From contig CAIIXF020000001.1 of the NCBI GenBank assembly GCA_903813345.2, positions 47,802,001 through 47,866,000 on the forward strand: a stretch of 64,000 nt of DNA. Reading direction: 5' to 3'. Below are positions 51,901 through 64,000 of the stretch, one piece after another. The notes beneath the pieces were generated by a model that saw only the letters and a program-made list of their open reading frames with translations, was not told the origin of the DNA and made no database searches. Position numbers and translations under genes: made by a program. Source of the stretch: Owenia fusiformis. Its lineage: Eukaryota. Each line of letters starts with the position of its first letter. Position 1 is the stretch's first letter.

Positions 51901-54900
51901 AACGAGGTTACCTTACTCGACTTATCTAGATATGCCTTGGCCACCTTACAGTACTTATGACCTGTCCGAGTCGTTTATAAGACGACGTTATAATGTTAAG
52001 ATACACTTATCTCCAGGGATCGATTATTCACACATTTTAACTATCGATCAAGACTTTATTCCAGCAGTTTCTTTATATTATATCAATGACGTACATGGTT
52101 TTTAATTGCAAGGTTTATAGTTTATTTTTTCTAAGTCTAAAGCGCACTCTTTGTAGCATCCGTTTTTTTTGTTTGTTTACCTATACACTGGATCTATGAG
52201 CATGAGGAGTAGCCTATTTAGGTTACATTGTAACTTACGACATCTATTCAAAGTGTAGGAATGGTTTATTATGGAAATGGTGTATCGGGGCTGCTCAATA
52301 TCTATCTTATTGGCCACATTTATGAATAGAATAATCAAGAGATCAATATTTGACATTTTCCATTTAAAGTATAATCCTTTATTCTGACGCTCTCTTTACA
52401 TCAAATGATGGAAACCTGTTATTAGTTTTTAGCTTGCAAGGTTTGTAACTACCTTTAGCTACAGCCCTATAGCTAAAGCCCTCTTTTGGTGGCACTTACA
52501 TTGTTTTTCTCTTTCAATCTGGGTCCGTGTGCATGAGTTTAAATACAGAACCTTTTACATTAGCGTAAAGTTTATGACTTAACAAGCTAAAGAATGAAAG
52601 CTTATGGCTATTAATTATACACTGAACTAAAAACTAGGCTATTACCTCAATATTATATATGTATATTTGTACTTACTCTTTTTATCGTATTTTAATATCA
52701 TCCTCTTGATCTGCTTTTGATTATATTTAATTCCTAAAGAGGTCATTACATCACTGAGTTCCTTGGCGTCTATGTAACCATCAGAGTCCTTGTCAAATAC
52801 CTTGAATGCGTCTCGGTATTCTTGCAGTTTAGACGTTTGAGCAGCCTGCAATTACGAAAGTATCACATTCAGTTCATATGGTATACAATTTGAATATTAC
52901 TGACTCTGTTATACGAGTAGTATATATGTGAAGGGTAATAGATTTGATAAACATTATTTGTGCCAAGGAAAAAGAATCGCATGCTCCAAATTTCGTTTAT
53001 TGTGGCCCTTGTTTTTCAATGGTAAGTAATCCTTTGCATGTACACATAAACATCAATACTGTGCACACTCATGCAAATAATAAGACCTACTTTTTTAGTA
53101 GTTGTGAAATCCCCTGCCATTAATCTCTGGAATTCTTCAAAGTTGATCAGACCATCCCCGTCGAGGTCAGCCTCTTTTAGCATTAGCGCCGTATCTTCAT
53201 CTGTTAGTACCACGCCCAGCTTTTTCATAGTGTATTGCAACTCTTTCTGATCTATGAAACCATTTCTGAAATATATTGATGTGATTATTACAGAACATAG
53301 TATGCCGTACTTGCTGTATGATTAATCACGTCCCCTGGTAGTGATATACCAAAAAATAATTTCCCACATCTTGTCATGGTTATGGTTAACGTCAGTCAGT
53401 GACATAGAATTGCCATGGAGAAGCGGATATGATAGTCAGGCTTACCCGATGTAAAATTCGGTGAACATGCCTTTCTCCCTGCCGATGAAAAAAAACATCG
53501 GCAGATTAAAGTTTCAAAATGAAATGCTTACCCATCTTTATCAAATATATTGAACGCTTTCAGTGCCTCCGAGTCCGCATCTGGTGGAGTGTGACTAAGC
53601 ATTGACACATTGTGTTTGGCAAACCAGGTTTCCATCAACTCTTGGAATTCATTAAATTCTATTGTACCATTTCCTAAAGTAAATATTTATGTACTTTACA
53701 CTTAAGCAATTAACTCTTAATCACATTAAACAATGTACAATACCGAATGATGCAATTTCTAGGATATTTCAAAAATATACAGCGCGTATAAAAAACGCAA
53801 CAGGTTGTTATCTCGGAAAAACACAAAACCAGTGATAACAGCATTGATTTCATTCAATGTACCATAAAGCCATGTGTCTCATCTTTCTAATGGTATATCA
53901 TTCGTTGATATTGGGTGATGGTTGGGCGAGTAATCATTCCTTGAGCAAAGTGGGCCAAAATCTCCTTAGGGCCAAGTTATAAACATCGCAAAAGTCAGTA
54001 CACGGGGCCCAATGCAATATTGGCAGAAAACATAAAACCAATGATGACTGCATCCTTTTCATTCAATGTACCAAAACCTAAATTAATCCTTTTTACAATG
54101 GAATGCCATTCATTCACAGGGAGTCATGGTTGTCCGAATAATCATTATTTTGTAAAGTGGGGCAAACTTCAGCTTAGACCCAAGTTTTAAACATTGCAAA
54201 AGTCAGTGGATGGGGCATAGATGATATTGGAAAAAGGTATGGGATGTGAGACATAGACTGTAAAGTGTCTATACTCATACTTTTGCAAGAATACATCCTA
54301 TACCCCTCTAAATGGCCACCACTTCTTAGCACGCAAAGATGCCCTCATCTCTCCATGCCATTGATGGCTCAGCTCTGAGTCATCTGTGGATTTAGGCAGA
54401 GAAAAGCAGCCCATAGACAATTCTTTCTCGAAGTTTTGCAATATCTAGTGAAGGAATGGTGAGCACAGATGCTCCTGAGATATCTCCAAAAGAAAAAGTC
54501 ACAACAAATAAAGTCAGGAGAACTTCCATTGGCACTTAACTCTTGCACTGATTTTTGCAATTTCTGAAACTTGGTCCAGAGCCGATTTTGACCCACTGTG
54601 TAAATGGAAGGATTTCTCACCCAAACATGACAACATCAGGCCCGTAAGACACTTTTCTCCAAGGGGGGTGCGGTTTTTAATAAAGAGAAAATAAAATTGT
54701 CATTTTTTCCACGCAAATCAAATCGCGTTAGTCAGAGGGGGGGCAGTTACTCTACATATTAAGGCCACTCAGTCTATTTTGTAGTCATTTTATTGTTTTC
54801 ATATTGTTTTAAGACTAAATATTGTATGGGCAATTTGGAGAAACATTGGAATAGGGAGGATGTGCTAAAAGGCAATAGAATCAATTTCAAGAAATTCTGA

Positions 54901-57900
54901 TTTTTTAATCATTTTCCTCTTAGATGAGCGAGTGGGCAGCACATGAAAATTTTACTAATTCAAGATGCTGTCTGGTTAATTCAGAGCATTTTTAATGTGT
55001 TTGAGTAAATGAATGCTTTAGTTTTTTGGATGCAGTGTCAGAATTATTTATGATTTCATTATGCCACTTGGTGATTTCTGGGCACTTTTAAAGTGTTTAA
55101 AATCAACAAATGGAACTTCCAAACATTTCCAATTGTTTTGTGGGGGTGTGAGGAGTGCCCCCCCCCCCTTAGAAAATTTTACACTTCCGAGATGCTATTT
55201 GGTGCTTTCTGGGCAGTTTCAAAGTGTATGAGTCAATAAAAAATGTGTTTCAATTTTTTGGATGGGGGGGGTGTCAAAGAGGATAAAAGGGTGAGGTGGG
55301 GTGGGGGTGCCAGAGGGGGAGCAAGGGGTTTTCCCTCAGAAACATTGACCATTTCAAGGTGCTATTTGATGATGTCTGGGCACTTTAAAAGTGACTCTGA
55401 CATAATACATGAAATTCATATTTTTTCAATTGTTTTGTTGGGGATGTGATGGGTGACCAACTCTCCTTGAAAATTGTACAATTTTAAGATGATATTCGGT
55501 GCTTTCTGGGCACTTTTAAAGTGTATGAGTGAACAAAAAAATGAACAACAATCACAATTGTTTCAAATTTTGGGGGTGTCACAGGGGGGGGGGGGGGGGG
55601 TGCCAAAGGGGAGGTAAGGTTGGGGTTCCAGAGGGGGGAGCAAGTGGTTGTCCCCCATATCTGTCCCCAGAAACATTGACCATATAGAGATGCTATTTGA
55701 TGAAGTCTGGGCACCTAAAATGTGTCTGAGACAATACATGAAATAAATTATGAATTTTTGACAATTGTTTTGTTGGGGATGTGAGGGGTGGCCCACTTCC
55801 TTAGAAAATCTTAAAATTTAAGATGCTATTTGGTGCTTTCTGGACACTTTTAAAGTGCATGCATGAGTCAATAAAAAAGATTAAAGGGGGTGTCCAAGGG
55901 GGGGGTGTCCGAGGGGGAGGTGGTGTGAGGATGCCAGAGGGGGAGCAAGTGTTAGTCCCCCACGGCCAAGAAACATTGACTATATCAAGGAGCTATTTGA
56001 AGATGTCTGGGCACTTTAAAAGTGTCTGAGACAATACATAAAATAAATTCAGAACTTCTCAATTGCTTTGTGTGTGGGGGGGTGTGTGAAGGGTGGCCCA
56101 CTCCCCCTAGAACATTTTACAATTTTAAGATGCTATTTGGTGTTTTCTGGACACTTTCAAAGTGTATGAGTCAACAAAAAAGAGAAGAAAAAAATCATAA
56201 TTTTTTTCAATTTGTTTTTTTTTGGGGGGGGGGCGTCCAAGGGGGAAGTGGGGAGAGGATGCCAGAGGGGGAGCAAGTGTTAGTCCCCCAGAAACATTGA
56301 CTATATCAAGGAGCTATTTGATGATGTCTGGGCACTTTAAAAGTGTCTGAGACAATACATAAAATAAATTCAGAACGTTTCAATTGTTTTGTGGGGGGGG
56401 GTGAAGGATGCCCCACTCTCCATAGAAAGTTTTACAATTTTAAGATGCTATTTGGTGCTTTCTGGGCACTTTCAAAGTGTATGAGTCAATGGAAAAAAAT
56501 TTGAAAAAACAATTTTCCCCAAAAAATGGGGGTGTCAGAGGGGGGTGCGGTCGCACCCATCGCACCCCCCCCCCCCATCTGACGGCCATGAACATGTGAA
56601 TGAATGACATATGATTGCAAAGAGGAGGGACGTGGCTTTATAGTACATTGAATGAAATTGATGTAGTCATCACTAGTTTTGTGATTTTACGAGATAACTG
56701 CTTGTTGCGTTTTTTATACGCCCTGTACAATACATTGATTCTGTTGATTACTTATTGTATTCACATGGAAAAGTAAAATAACGCTTTAAACTTAATCTAA
56801 CCGGAATCAAACAATATTGATTCTATGATTAATTCATAGTATGTCAACAATATCAAGATCTTACCATCTTTATCAACGTTTCTCAACATTTGCTGAACCT
56901 TTTCAAATGAAGTATGTACACCTAATGACTTCATAACAGATTGCATCTCTATTGCAGTGATCCTACCATCTCCATCCTTATCAAACATGGAAAAAGCAAC
57001 CTAAAATAAAACGTGATACATTTTCACAATATGGTAAATGTTCTTTATATGGGCCTATAAATAATATACGTTAATTGATTGTTATCGCAAAAACATCAAG
57101 ATTAGATCAATGAATTTAATATGTGTATGTATGTTATAATATTTCAGGATATATGCAAGAACCATAATGCAAATGTGAATTTTACCTGTAATTCTGCTAG
57201 CTGTTGCGTGGTGAGGGCTGTAGTGGGTGTGAGTGGTTCTGACGGTCTGGGACTATGTTCTATCTCGGTGGGATTACTACTACCTATTCTACCATACATC
57301 ATCTTGACAAAATCTACAACATGTAGAATTAAAGCATGTGTGAACGAAAAGTCATGGTCATGAAATAGTTAGATTAAAAAATAATAACCAACCTCATAAT
57401 TTCAAGACAGGATAATCTTGAGTGTGATGTTTTCAACTCGAGTGGTAATATTAGAATTCGACGAGTAGTTACAGGCCCGTAGCCAGGATTTGCCAAGGGG
57501 GGGGGTCAGTTTTCAAAAATTTCCAGGGGGGTTCACATTTGACAATTTTGGCCCAAATATGGCTACAATCACCCGAGAACTGCTAAAAATGGTGAAAACT
57601 GCATGATTTACAGGCCTGAGTTAACTATGATGTGTTTTGAATTACAATGAACCCACTCGCACGGTACAAATAATAGTAAAGGTGTTGCAATTCTTTTCAA
57701 TAAAAATATAAACTACACTATAAATCAGAAAATTACTGACAAAAATGGTAGATTCATTATACTGGATGTCCAAATAGATGAATCGAGATACTTGCTAATT
57801 AATATTTATGCCCCAACCCAAAATCATGATGCTGATCAAAAAGCCCTTGTAGATCAAATCGAACAGCTAATTGTCGACATGAACACCGAAAATATAATCT

Positions 57901-60900
57901 TCGGAGGCGACTTTAATTGTATTTTGAATCCAAAACTAGACAAAATGGGAGGTGTTAATGAAAGAACAAGTACGTACGCTACTAAAATTGAAACTTTCAT
58001 GGATACTTTTGACCTCATTGACACTTTTAGAACTATCTACCCGAATCTTAAAAGATATACATGGAGACAAAAAAGACCATTTAGGCAATCGAGATTAGAC
58101 TACTTTTTCACATCATCACACCTCCTAAATAAAAAAGAACATATTAACACTCTGCCAGGTATTTTATCCGATCACAGTTTACTTGAATTACGCTTAAAAC
58201 AAAATACTGAAAAACGAGGCAGAGGCTTATGGAAATTTAACAATAGCCTACTTTCAGATCCAAATTATAATGTTAAAATAAAACAATGCATTAATGACTC
58301 TAAAATTAAACATGGAAATCTAAATGATAAAAGTATCTTATGGGAACTCATTAAATCCGATATCAGGTCATCAACCATATCTTACTCAATACATAAAGCA
58401 AAACTACGCAAGGAAAATATTTGTAAACTAAAAGCAAATCTCGAAACCTTAGAATTAGAATTAAATAATGACACCGTTACTGATGAAACTAAGGAAATGT
58501 ATTTTACAACCAAATCAGATGTTGAGAATCTAAATAAAATCGAAACGAAGGCGGCTATACTCAGATCAAAATCAAAATGGTATGAAGAAGGCGAAAAAAA
58601 TAGCAAATATTTCCTTTCCCTTGAACACAAAAATTCACTTAATAAAACCATAACTAGACTCCAAAAAGACGACGGTACTATAATTACTAATCCAAATCAA
58701 ATTTTGGAGGAAGAAAAACGCTTTTACGAAAATCTTTATAGAGAAACCATAACCGATGATACTTTACACGTTGTACAAATGGATGATTTTATTGAAGATT
58801 TAAACTTGAAAAAACTTTCTAAATTTGAAAGAAACTCATGTGAGGGCGAACTTACCGAAAAGGAGTGCGCCGTTTCGTTAAAAAATATGCCAAATGATAA
58901 GACGCCTGGAAGCGACGGATTTACTACAAACTTTTATAAATTCTTCTGGATTGACATAAAAACCTTTGTTGTTAATAGCCTTAATTATGCTTTTCAAACC
59001 GGAGAAATGTCAATTTGTCAAAAACAAGGCGTTATAATCCTTATTCCTAAAAAAGATAAAATCAGAACGTTATTGAAAAACTGGCGCCCAATCAACCTCT
59101 TGAATACGGATTATAAAATTGGTACTAAAACAATAGCTAATAGAATTAGAAAAGTACTACCATCTATAATCGATTTTGACCAAACTGCTTACATTGAAGG
59201 AAGGTATATAGGAGAAAATATCAGATTAATCGAAGATATGATAAATTATACATCAAATGAGAACATTTCTGGTATCTTACTACAAATTGACTTCGAAAAA
59301 GCTTTTGATTCCATTAATTGGAAATGCATTGAAAAAGCATTGAATCTTTTTAATTTTGGTGAAACTTTGGTCAAATGGGTCAAAACTTTCTATAAAAATA
59401 TACAATCGTGTGTATCAAATAATGGATTTCAATCAAATATGTTTTTCCCGGCAAGGGGAGTCCGCCAAGGCTGCCCCCTATCGGCTTACCTATTTATCAT
59501 TGTAGCCGAACTTCTAGCAATATCGATCAGACAAAATAAAAACATAAAAGGTATACAGGCAAATAACACCGAAATCAAAATATCCATGTTCGCAGACGAC
59601 ACTACTCTATTCTTGGATTCTATAGACTCTTCAGAACGTGCACTAAATTGTTTAAACTCATTCTCACAAATCTCGGGGCTAAAACCAAATTTAACTAAAA
59701 CTGAGGGAAGATGGCTAGGACCTTATAAAATCAATCCTCCTTTCAGACCGCCCGGAAGCCTTCTATCCAAATTACACATAAATAACGATAAATTATGTGC
59801 CTTGGGCATTTGGTTCAGTCAGGATCTAAATGAAAGAAATGCTTTAAATTTTTCCTCAAAAGTGAAAGCAATTGAGAACCTCTTTAAGATATGGACCTGA
59901 AGAAACCTAAGCCTTATAGGAAAAAACGTCATAATAAAAGCTCTTGCAATATCAAAATTAATGTATCTAGCATCCACCATTATTGTTCCTAACCACATCA
60001 TTGAACAAGTTCAACAACTTATTAATTCATTTTTATGGAATGGAAAGCCACCTCTGATAAGTAATTCTACTACGATAGGAGAAATAGAAAACGGGGGAAT
60101 CAAATCCGTTCTTTTTGACGCACAGATTAAAGCATTACAAATTCAATGGGTGAAACGTCTGTATAATAAAAACGAGTCTAAATGGAAACATTTTTTCTAT
60201 AAAGAATTCCCAAATCTCGAATCTAAAGAAATCTTTCATGCAAAGTTCAAAGAGCATACTTTTAACAACTTACCTGCTTTTTATCTCTCGATGATGAAAA
60301 CCTGGAGCTTAATTCACAATGCCGAACCTTATGACAAGTCCACCGTTATGAATGAATCAATTTGGAACAATAAATGGTTAACAATTAACAATGAAAGTGT
60401 CAACTATCCTGATTGGAAAGCTCGAAACATATTTAAAGTAAAAGATTTAATAAATGAAAATGGAGATTTTCTAGGATACGAAGAATTCACCCTAAAATAT
60501 GATATCTTGACACCCTTCGTAACATACTACGGCATAATACACGCAATTCCACGCTCGTGGAAAACTCTCTTAAAAAACGAAAATGATAATATCAATACAC
60601 TAGGAGTTGATGACTTACAAATCAAAAATTCAATTATAAATATCAAACATATTAGTACCAAAAGAATATATTGGCACATCGTACAAAACAAATTTAAGGA
60701 ACCCGTAGGAAAACGATATTTCAATGAAAAATTTGACCTGACAGAACAAGAGTGGAAATCTATTTTTAGACTACCTTTTCAAGTTGCGCGAGAGCCAAAG
60801 ATCCAAAGTTTCCAATACAAACTACTACTTAACCTCACCCCTTGTAACTTATTTCTGTTCAACAGAAAAATTAAAGAGTCCTATCTATGTGATAAATGCA

Positions 60901-63776
60901 ATCGTGGTGCAGTAGAAGACACCCAACACTTCTATATAGAATGCGCGACAGTCGCGAACTTTTGGAATGAAATATCTGTCCTATTTGACAATATACTTTT
61001 GAGAGACCGGGATATATTATTAGGAAAAATAGGCAACCGTGACGATCGCGATACAATTCTAAATTATTGTTTGCTATACGCGAAAAACTACATTCACAAC
61101 TCCAAAATTGGAAACTACGACATTAGTGTGAACGGTTTTAAAAATACTTTAAGAAACAAAATTAAAGATGAATTAAAAATATCTACAGAAAACAAAAACC
61201 GGCAACTTTTTATCGGGAAATGGAACTCAATACTGAATAAATTAGACATACCATTTTAATTACAACAATGTATCGTTGCACAAACCTGTATTTTATTATT
61301 TTATTATTTTTGCTGTCTGTACTGTGTATCTTTATTGCTTTTTATTCGAAATGAGATCATGTAACTGTTATGTGCCTTAACTCTATATTATCATATTGTC
61401 TTTACTATCACCAATGTATGCACATGTATGTAAATTTATAGTGTGAGAAATAAATAATGAATATTAAAAAAAAAAATAAAATAAAAAAAAATAAAAAATA
61501 CAATGAACCCACATTAATATTTCAACTTGAAGAATTACCTTCATAAAAGATCCGTCCATCTTTTACCCCTGTTTCCTTCATCATGGCGTGGACATCAGAA
61601 TCTGTGAGCTGGAGGCCAATCTCTTGCATTGTACTCTTCAGTTCTTTAGCGTCTACATAACCATTGGAATCTTTGTCGAAAGCCTGCAAAATATTTTCAA
61701 AACATTTATTGATAATGGTTCAACATTATTCACATTGAGCTAGTAATGCATTACTGTTTTCTGGCCAATCAGAACATAACTTAATTATGCTATATCAGAC
61801 AACATAGTTAATCAGGAGAAACTGAGTTGAAAGAAACCACTAGTCTTACTATGCAAACTGTAAATAGCATCATTAATGATACGCCAGAGGTTGATAGCAT
61901 CATGCTCCTGCATCTTTAGGCTAAATGTTTAAGTTGGACACCTTTGAAAAATAACTTACCCTTCATTGAATGAATACTTGGGTTATGATTGATAATTTAG
62001 ATTGATTCTTTCATCTTATTGTATGAACATTTAGCTGATGTTATTGTTTTCATTGTTAACTAACGTCTCTAACTTGTTAATTTTGTCGACGCCTACGTGG
62101 TCACACAGGTCACCTCGGGGCTAAGGTCTCTGCGTCATGAGCAAATTGATGTTGATAAAAATGCATTAAGTCATAATGAAGACAGATGCAACAGCTGCCC
62201 TCATATGACAAAGAACACTTAAGAAAATGGAATACAATGCTAAATTCTTGCCAGGACTAATACAAACTTTACGTTATAATAATAACAACGATGTGTTGTT
62301 GTTGTATTGCAATCAGGAATCCATGGAGTTTCCGTGACATTTCTTATAACATTTTGTCAGTGTGATAATCTTATTACCTTACACCACTGATCTATCCATA
62401 ATTGTACTCGAGAGTCAATGGTATTCAATCATAAATAAATACCTTAAAAACTGCCCTCATTTCAGAGTCGTCTGAACCTCGTTTTTCCTGTCCTTTATAA
62501 GCATCCTTCCTTTCTAATATGTCTACGAATTCGCCGAAGTCGATGAGACCATTCCCTTAAATCATAGTCATGCTATTATCAAAAATTATATATGCGCACT
62601 GGTCTAATAAATAAGTGTCAGTTTAGAAAATAAATATATATTTCTATGACTTGACATATTTTTCTGACATATGATTTGTATTTTGTGTATGTTGTCTTTC
62701 TGTCAACAATATCCTTGTTTATTCCATAATACTGCTGTTTTCTCAGGGAAATATGAAGGAATAAAAATCGTATTGAATCGTATTACATGAAAAAATCGTA
62801 TTGTCCCCGGGAAGAAAATCGTATTGGAGCGTATTACATGAAAAAATCGTATTGTCCCCGGGAAAAAAATCGTATTGGAAAATATTAACCTATTTTTGGT
62901 TTTCCTGTTATTTTTAACCTTAGCTAATTGATAAAAGCATTTTCAAAATGTGACATTTTAGAGGAATGTATTATGGAATAAATAGGTTATTTCTGGTCGG
63001 GATTGAATATGGGTTTCATTCCTCGGAAAATATGATATTGACCTTGGGAAATATATATATATATATATATATTATAGGAATATCCTATGGTTTTGAAAAA
63101 ATATCATTTATATCAATGAGTGGATATTGATATCTTCATGAGTGAGCGCAGCGAATGAGTGAAGATATTTGTATCCATGAGTGGATATAATTGATATTTT
63201 TGAAAAACCATAGGATTGTCCGTTTATCCCATGGGAAATCATCATCAGCGAAAAAAGTTGAAAAATATAATTTGAGAAAAAATTTGAAAAAATAATTTTA
63301 AAAAATTGTGAAAAAATGTTGACAATTTTTTTTGAAATTTTGAAATTTTTTTAAAATATTTTTGAAAAAATTAAAAAATGTAAAAATAATTCTTTTTGAA
63401 AAAATTCGAAACCATCGAATATCACTTTTCAAACCATCGAATATCACTTTTTAAGACGTGATATTCGATAGTTTAAAAATGATATTCGATGGTTTGTGAA
63501 TTTTTTGCTAAAATATGATATCTTGATCCACAAATCAACTATATCTTTGTGTGATATTCGACCTATATCCTTGTAACCATGGGATAAATTATTATTTTGT
63601 GCGGCTATAGCTAGTAAGTGAATTTTTTTCTTACCATCAGTGTCAACTTTATTAAACATTTTCTTGAGCATATCTTCACTTGGGGCTTGTCCCAATGATT
63701 GCATGACAGACTGTAGTTCCTTCACACATATATCCATCCCCATCCTTGTCAAACAAGGCAAATGATACTTTAAATT
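48905..63776 (-). CDS. Calmodulin-like protein with three tandem calmodulin units (12 EF-hands); 11 exons in window, start codon not located; 2-nt frameshift in the first visible exon
   Basis: Exons 63776-63635, 62555-62443, 61683-61539, 57313-57186, 57000-56865, 53673-53532, 53265-53091, 52845-52677, 50345-50154, 49228-49148 and 48936-48905 (stop). All are GT-AG and phase-compatible, giving ~485 aa. Loops: DKDGDGY(I)[28 protein letters not shown], degenerate, [60 protein letters not shown], degenerate, [24 protein letters not shown]. Confidence 0.85.
49654..50065. mobile_element. Palindromic MITE with TTAA TSD (Kolobok-like ends), copy 2
   Basis: ttaa|ggccagggtgcatgttcggaatttt ... aaaattccgaacatgcaccctgacc|ttaa. 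Confidence 0.85.
53780..56725 (-). mobile_element. Tc1/mariner deletion derivative, copy 2, split by a 1954-bp insertion
   Basis: ta|cagcgcgtataaaaaacgcaac ... gttgcgttttttatacgccctg|ta. Without the insert it is ~987 bp, matching copy 1 (~982 bp). Confidence 0.8.
54637..56590. mobile_element. Non-autonomous element with CA...TG ends, 5-bp TSD (AACAT) and internal ~300-330-bp G-rich tandem repeats
   Basis: aacat|caggcccgtaaga ... tctgacggccatg|aacat. Internal units are marked by agaaacattgac at ~55338, 55669, 55969 and 56291. Confidence 0.8.
57472..57618. mobile_element. Short MITE with CA...TG ends and 5-bp TSD (AGTTA)
   Basis: agtta|caggcccgtagccaggatttgccaag-G-run ... tacaggcctg|agtta. 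Confidence 0.75.
57657..61498 (+). mobile_element. 5'-truncated L1/Tx1-clade non-LTR retrotransposon (APE endonuclease-RT-zinc knuckle), antisense in an EF-hand gene intron
   Basis: 14-bp TSD tacaatgaacccac (57643-57656 and 61499-61512), with an A-rich tail. The ORF2 frame is open from the junction ([87 protein letters not shown]) to 61259, with one in-frame TGA at 59898-59900. Confidence 0.95.
62763..62880. repeat. Short tandem repeats (aaaatcgtattg... units) within an intronic repeat element
   Basis: Two ~52-bp units of cgtattacatgaaaaaatcgtattgtccccgggaa.aaaatcgtattgga. Confidence 0.7.
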
Positions 63777-64000
63777 CTGTAAAAACACATGGTAGTTTAT
63801 TCATGATAATAGGTCTGCATATTTATTAACAGCTTTGGTCTTGGTCAAAGAAATTGTATAAGATATTAGACACAAAACAAGAAATATGGGAGATTTCAAC
63901 ACGTTTTAACCTGCACAATATCTAAAATGAGACATTTATATTCTACGATAAGGTAATGTCATTATCAAGCCATGTAACAGGTGTATTGTTCATGGGAAGC

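Noticed and set aside
55243..56300. Several Gly- or Pro-rich short ORFs
   Set aside because: By-products of G-rich tandem repeats.
57792..61259. Two separate ORFs (702 aa and 432 aa)
   Set aside because: They share one reading frame: a single LINE ORF2 interrupted by one stop codon.

Overview
AT-rich, intron-containing eukaryotic DNA. The gene and transposon content suggests a marine invertebrate, probably a lophotrochozoan (inference, not verified). Hand-splicing on GT-AG boundaries with consistent exon phases gives six host genes. (1) A minus-strand guanylyl cyclase with a TM-NIT-like sensor-TM-cyclase layout (358-6196). (2-3) Two tandem zinc-dependent MDR alcohol/polyol dehydrogenases with intronless CDSs (18726-19775, 25368-26420). 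(4) MOG1/RANGRF (27202-34935), whose third coding intron holds a decayed 5.4-kb AcademX-type transposon with nested inserts. (5) A 294-aa, six-exon gene fusing a TIR_2-type domain with its catalytic-position Glu to a fascin-like beta-trefoil (40077-45325); the ORF track shows it only as scattered fragments. (6) A 'triple calmodulin' gene with 12 EF-hands (48905 to at least 63776), carrying an apparent 2-nt frameshift and a young intronic L1/Tx1-type LINE. The rest is a dense, often nested mosaic of non-autonomous DNA transposons, many with readable TIRs and TSDs. No tRNA, rRNA or CRISPR features were seen. All family assignments come from motif recognition; no database searches were run.
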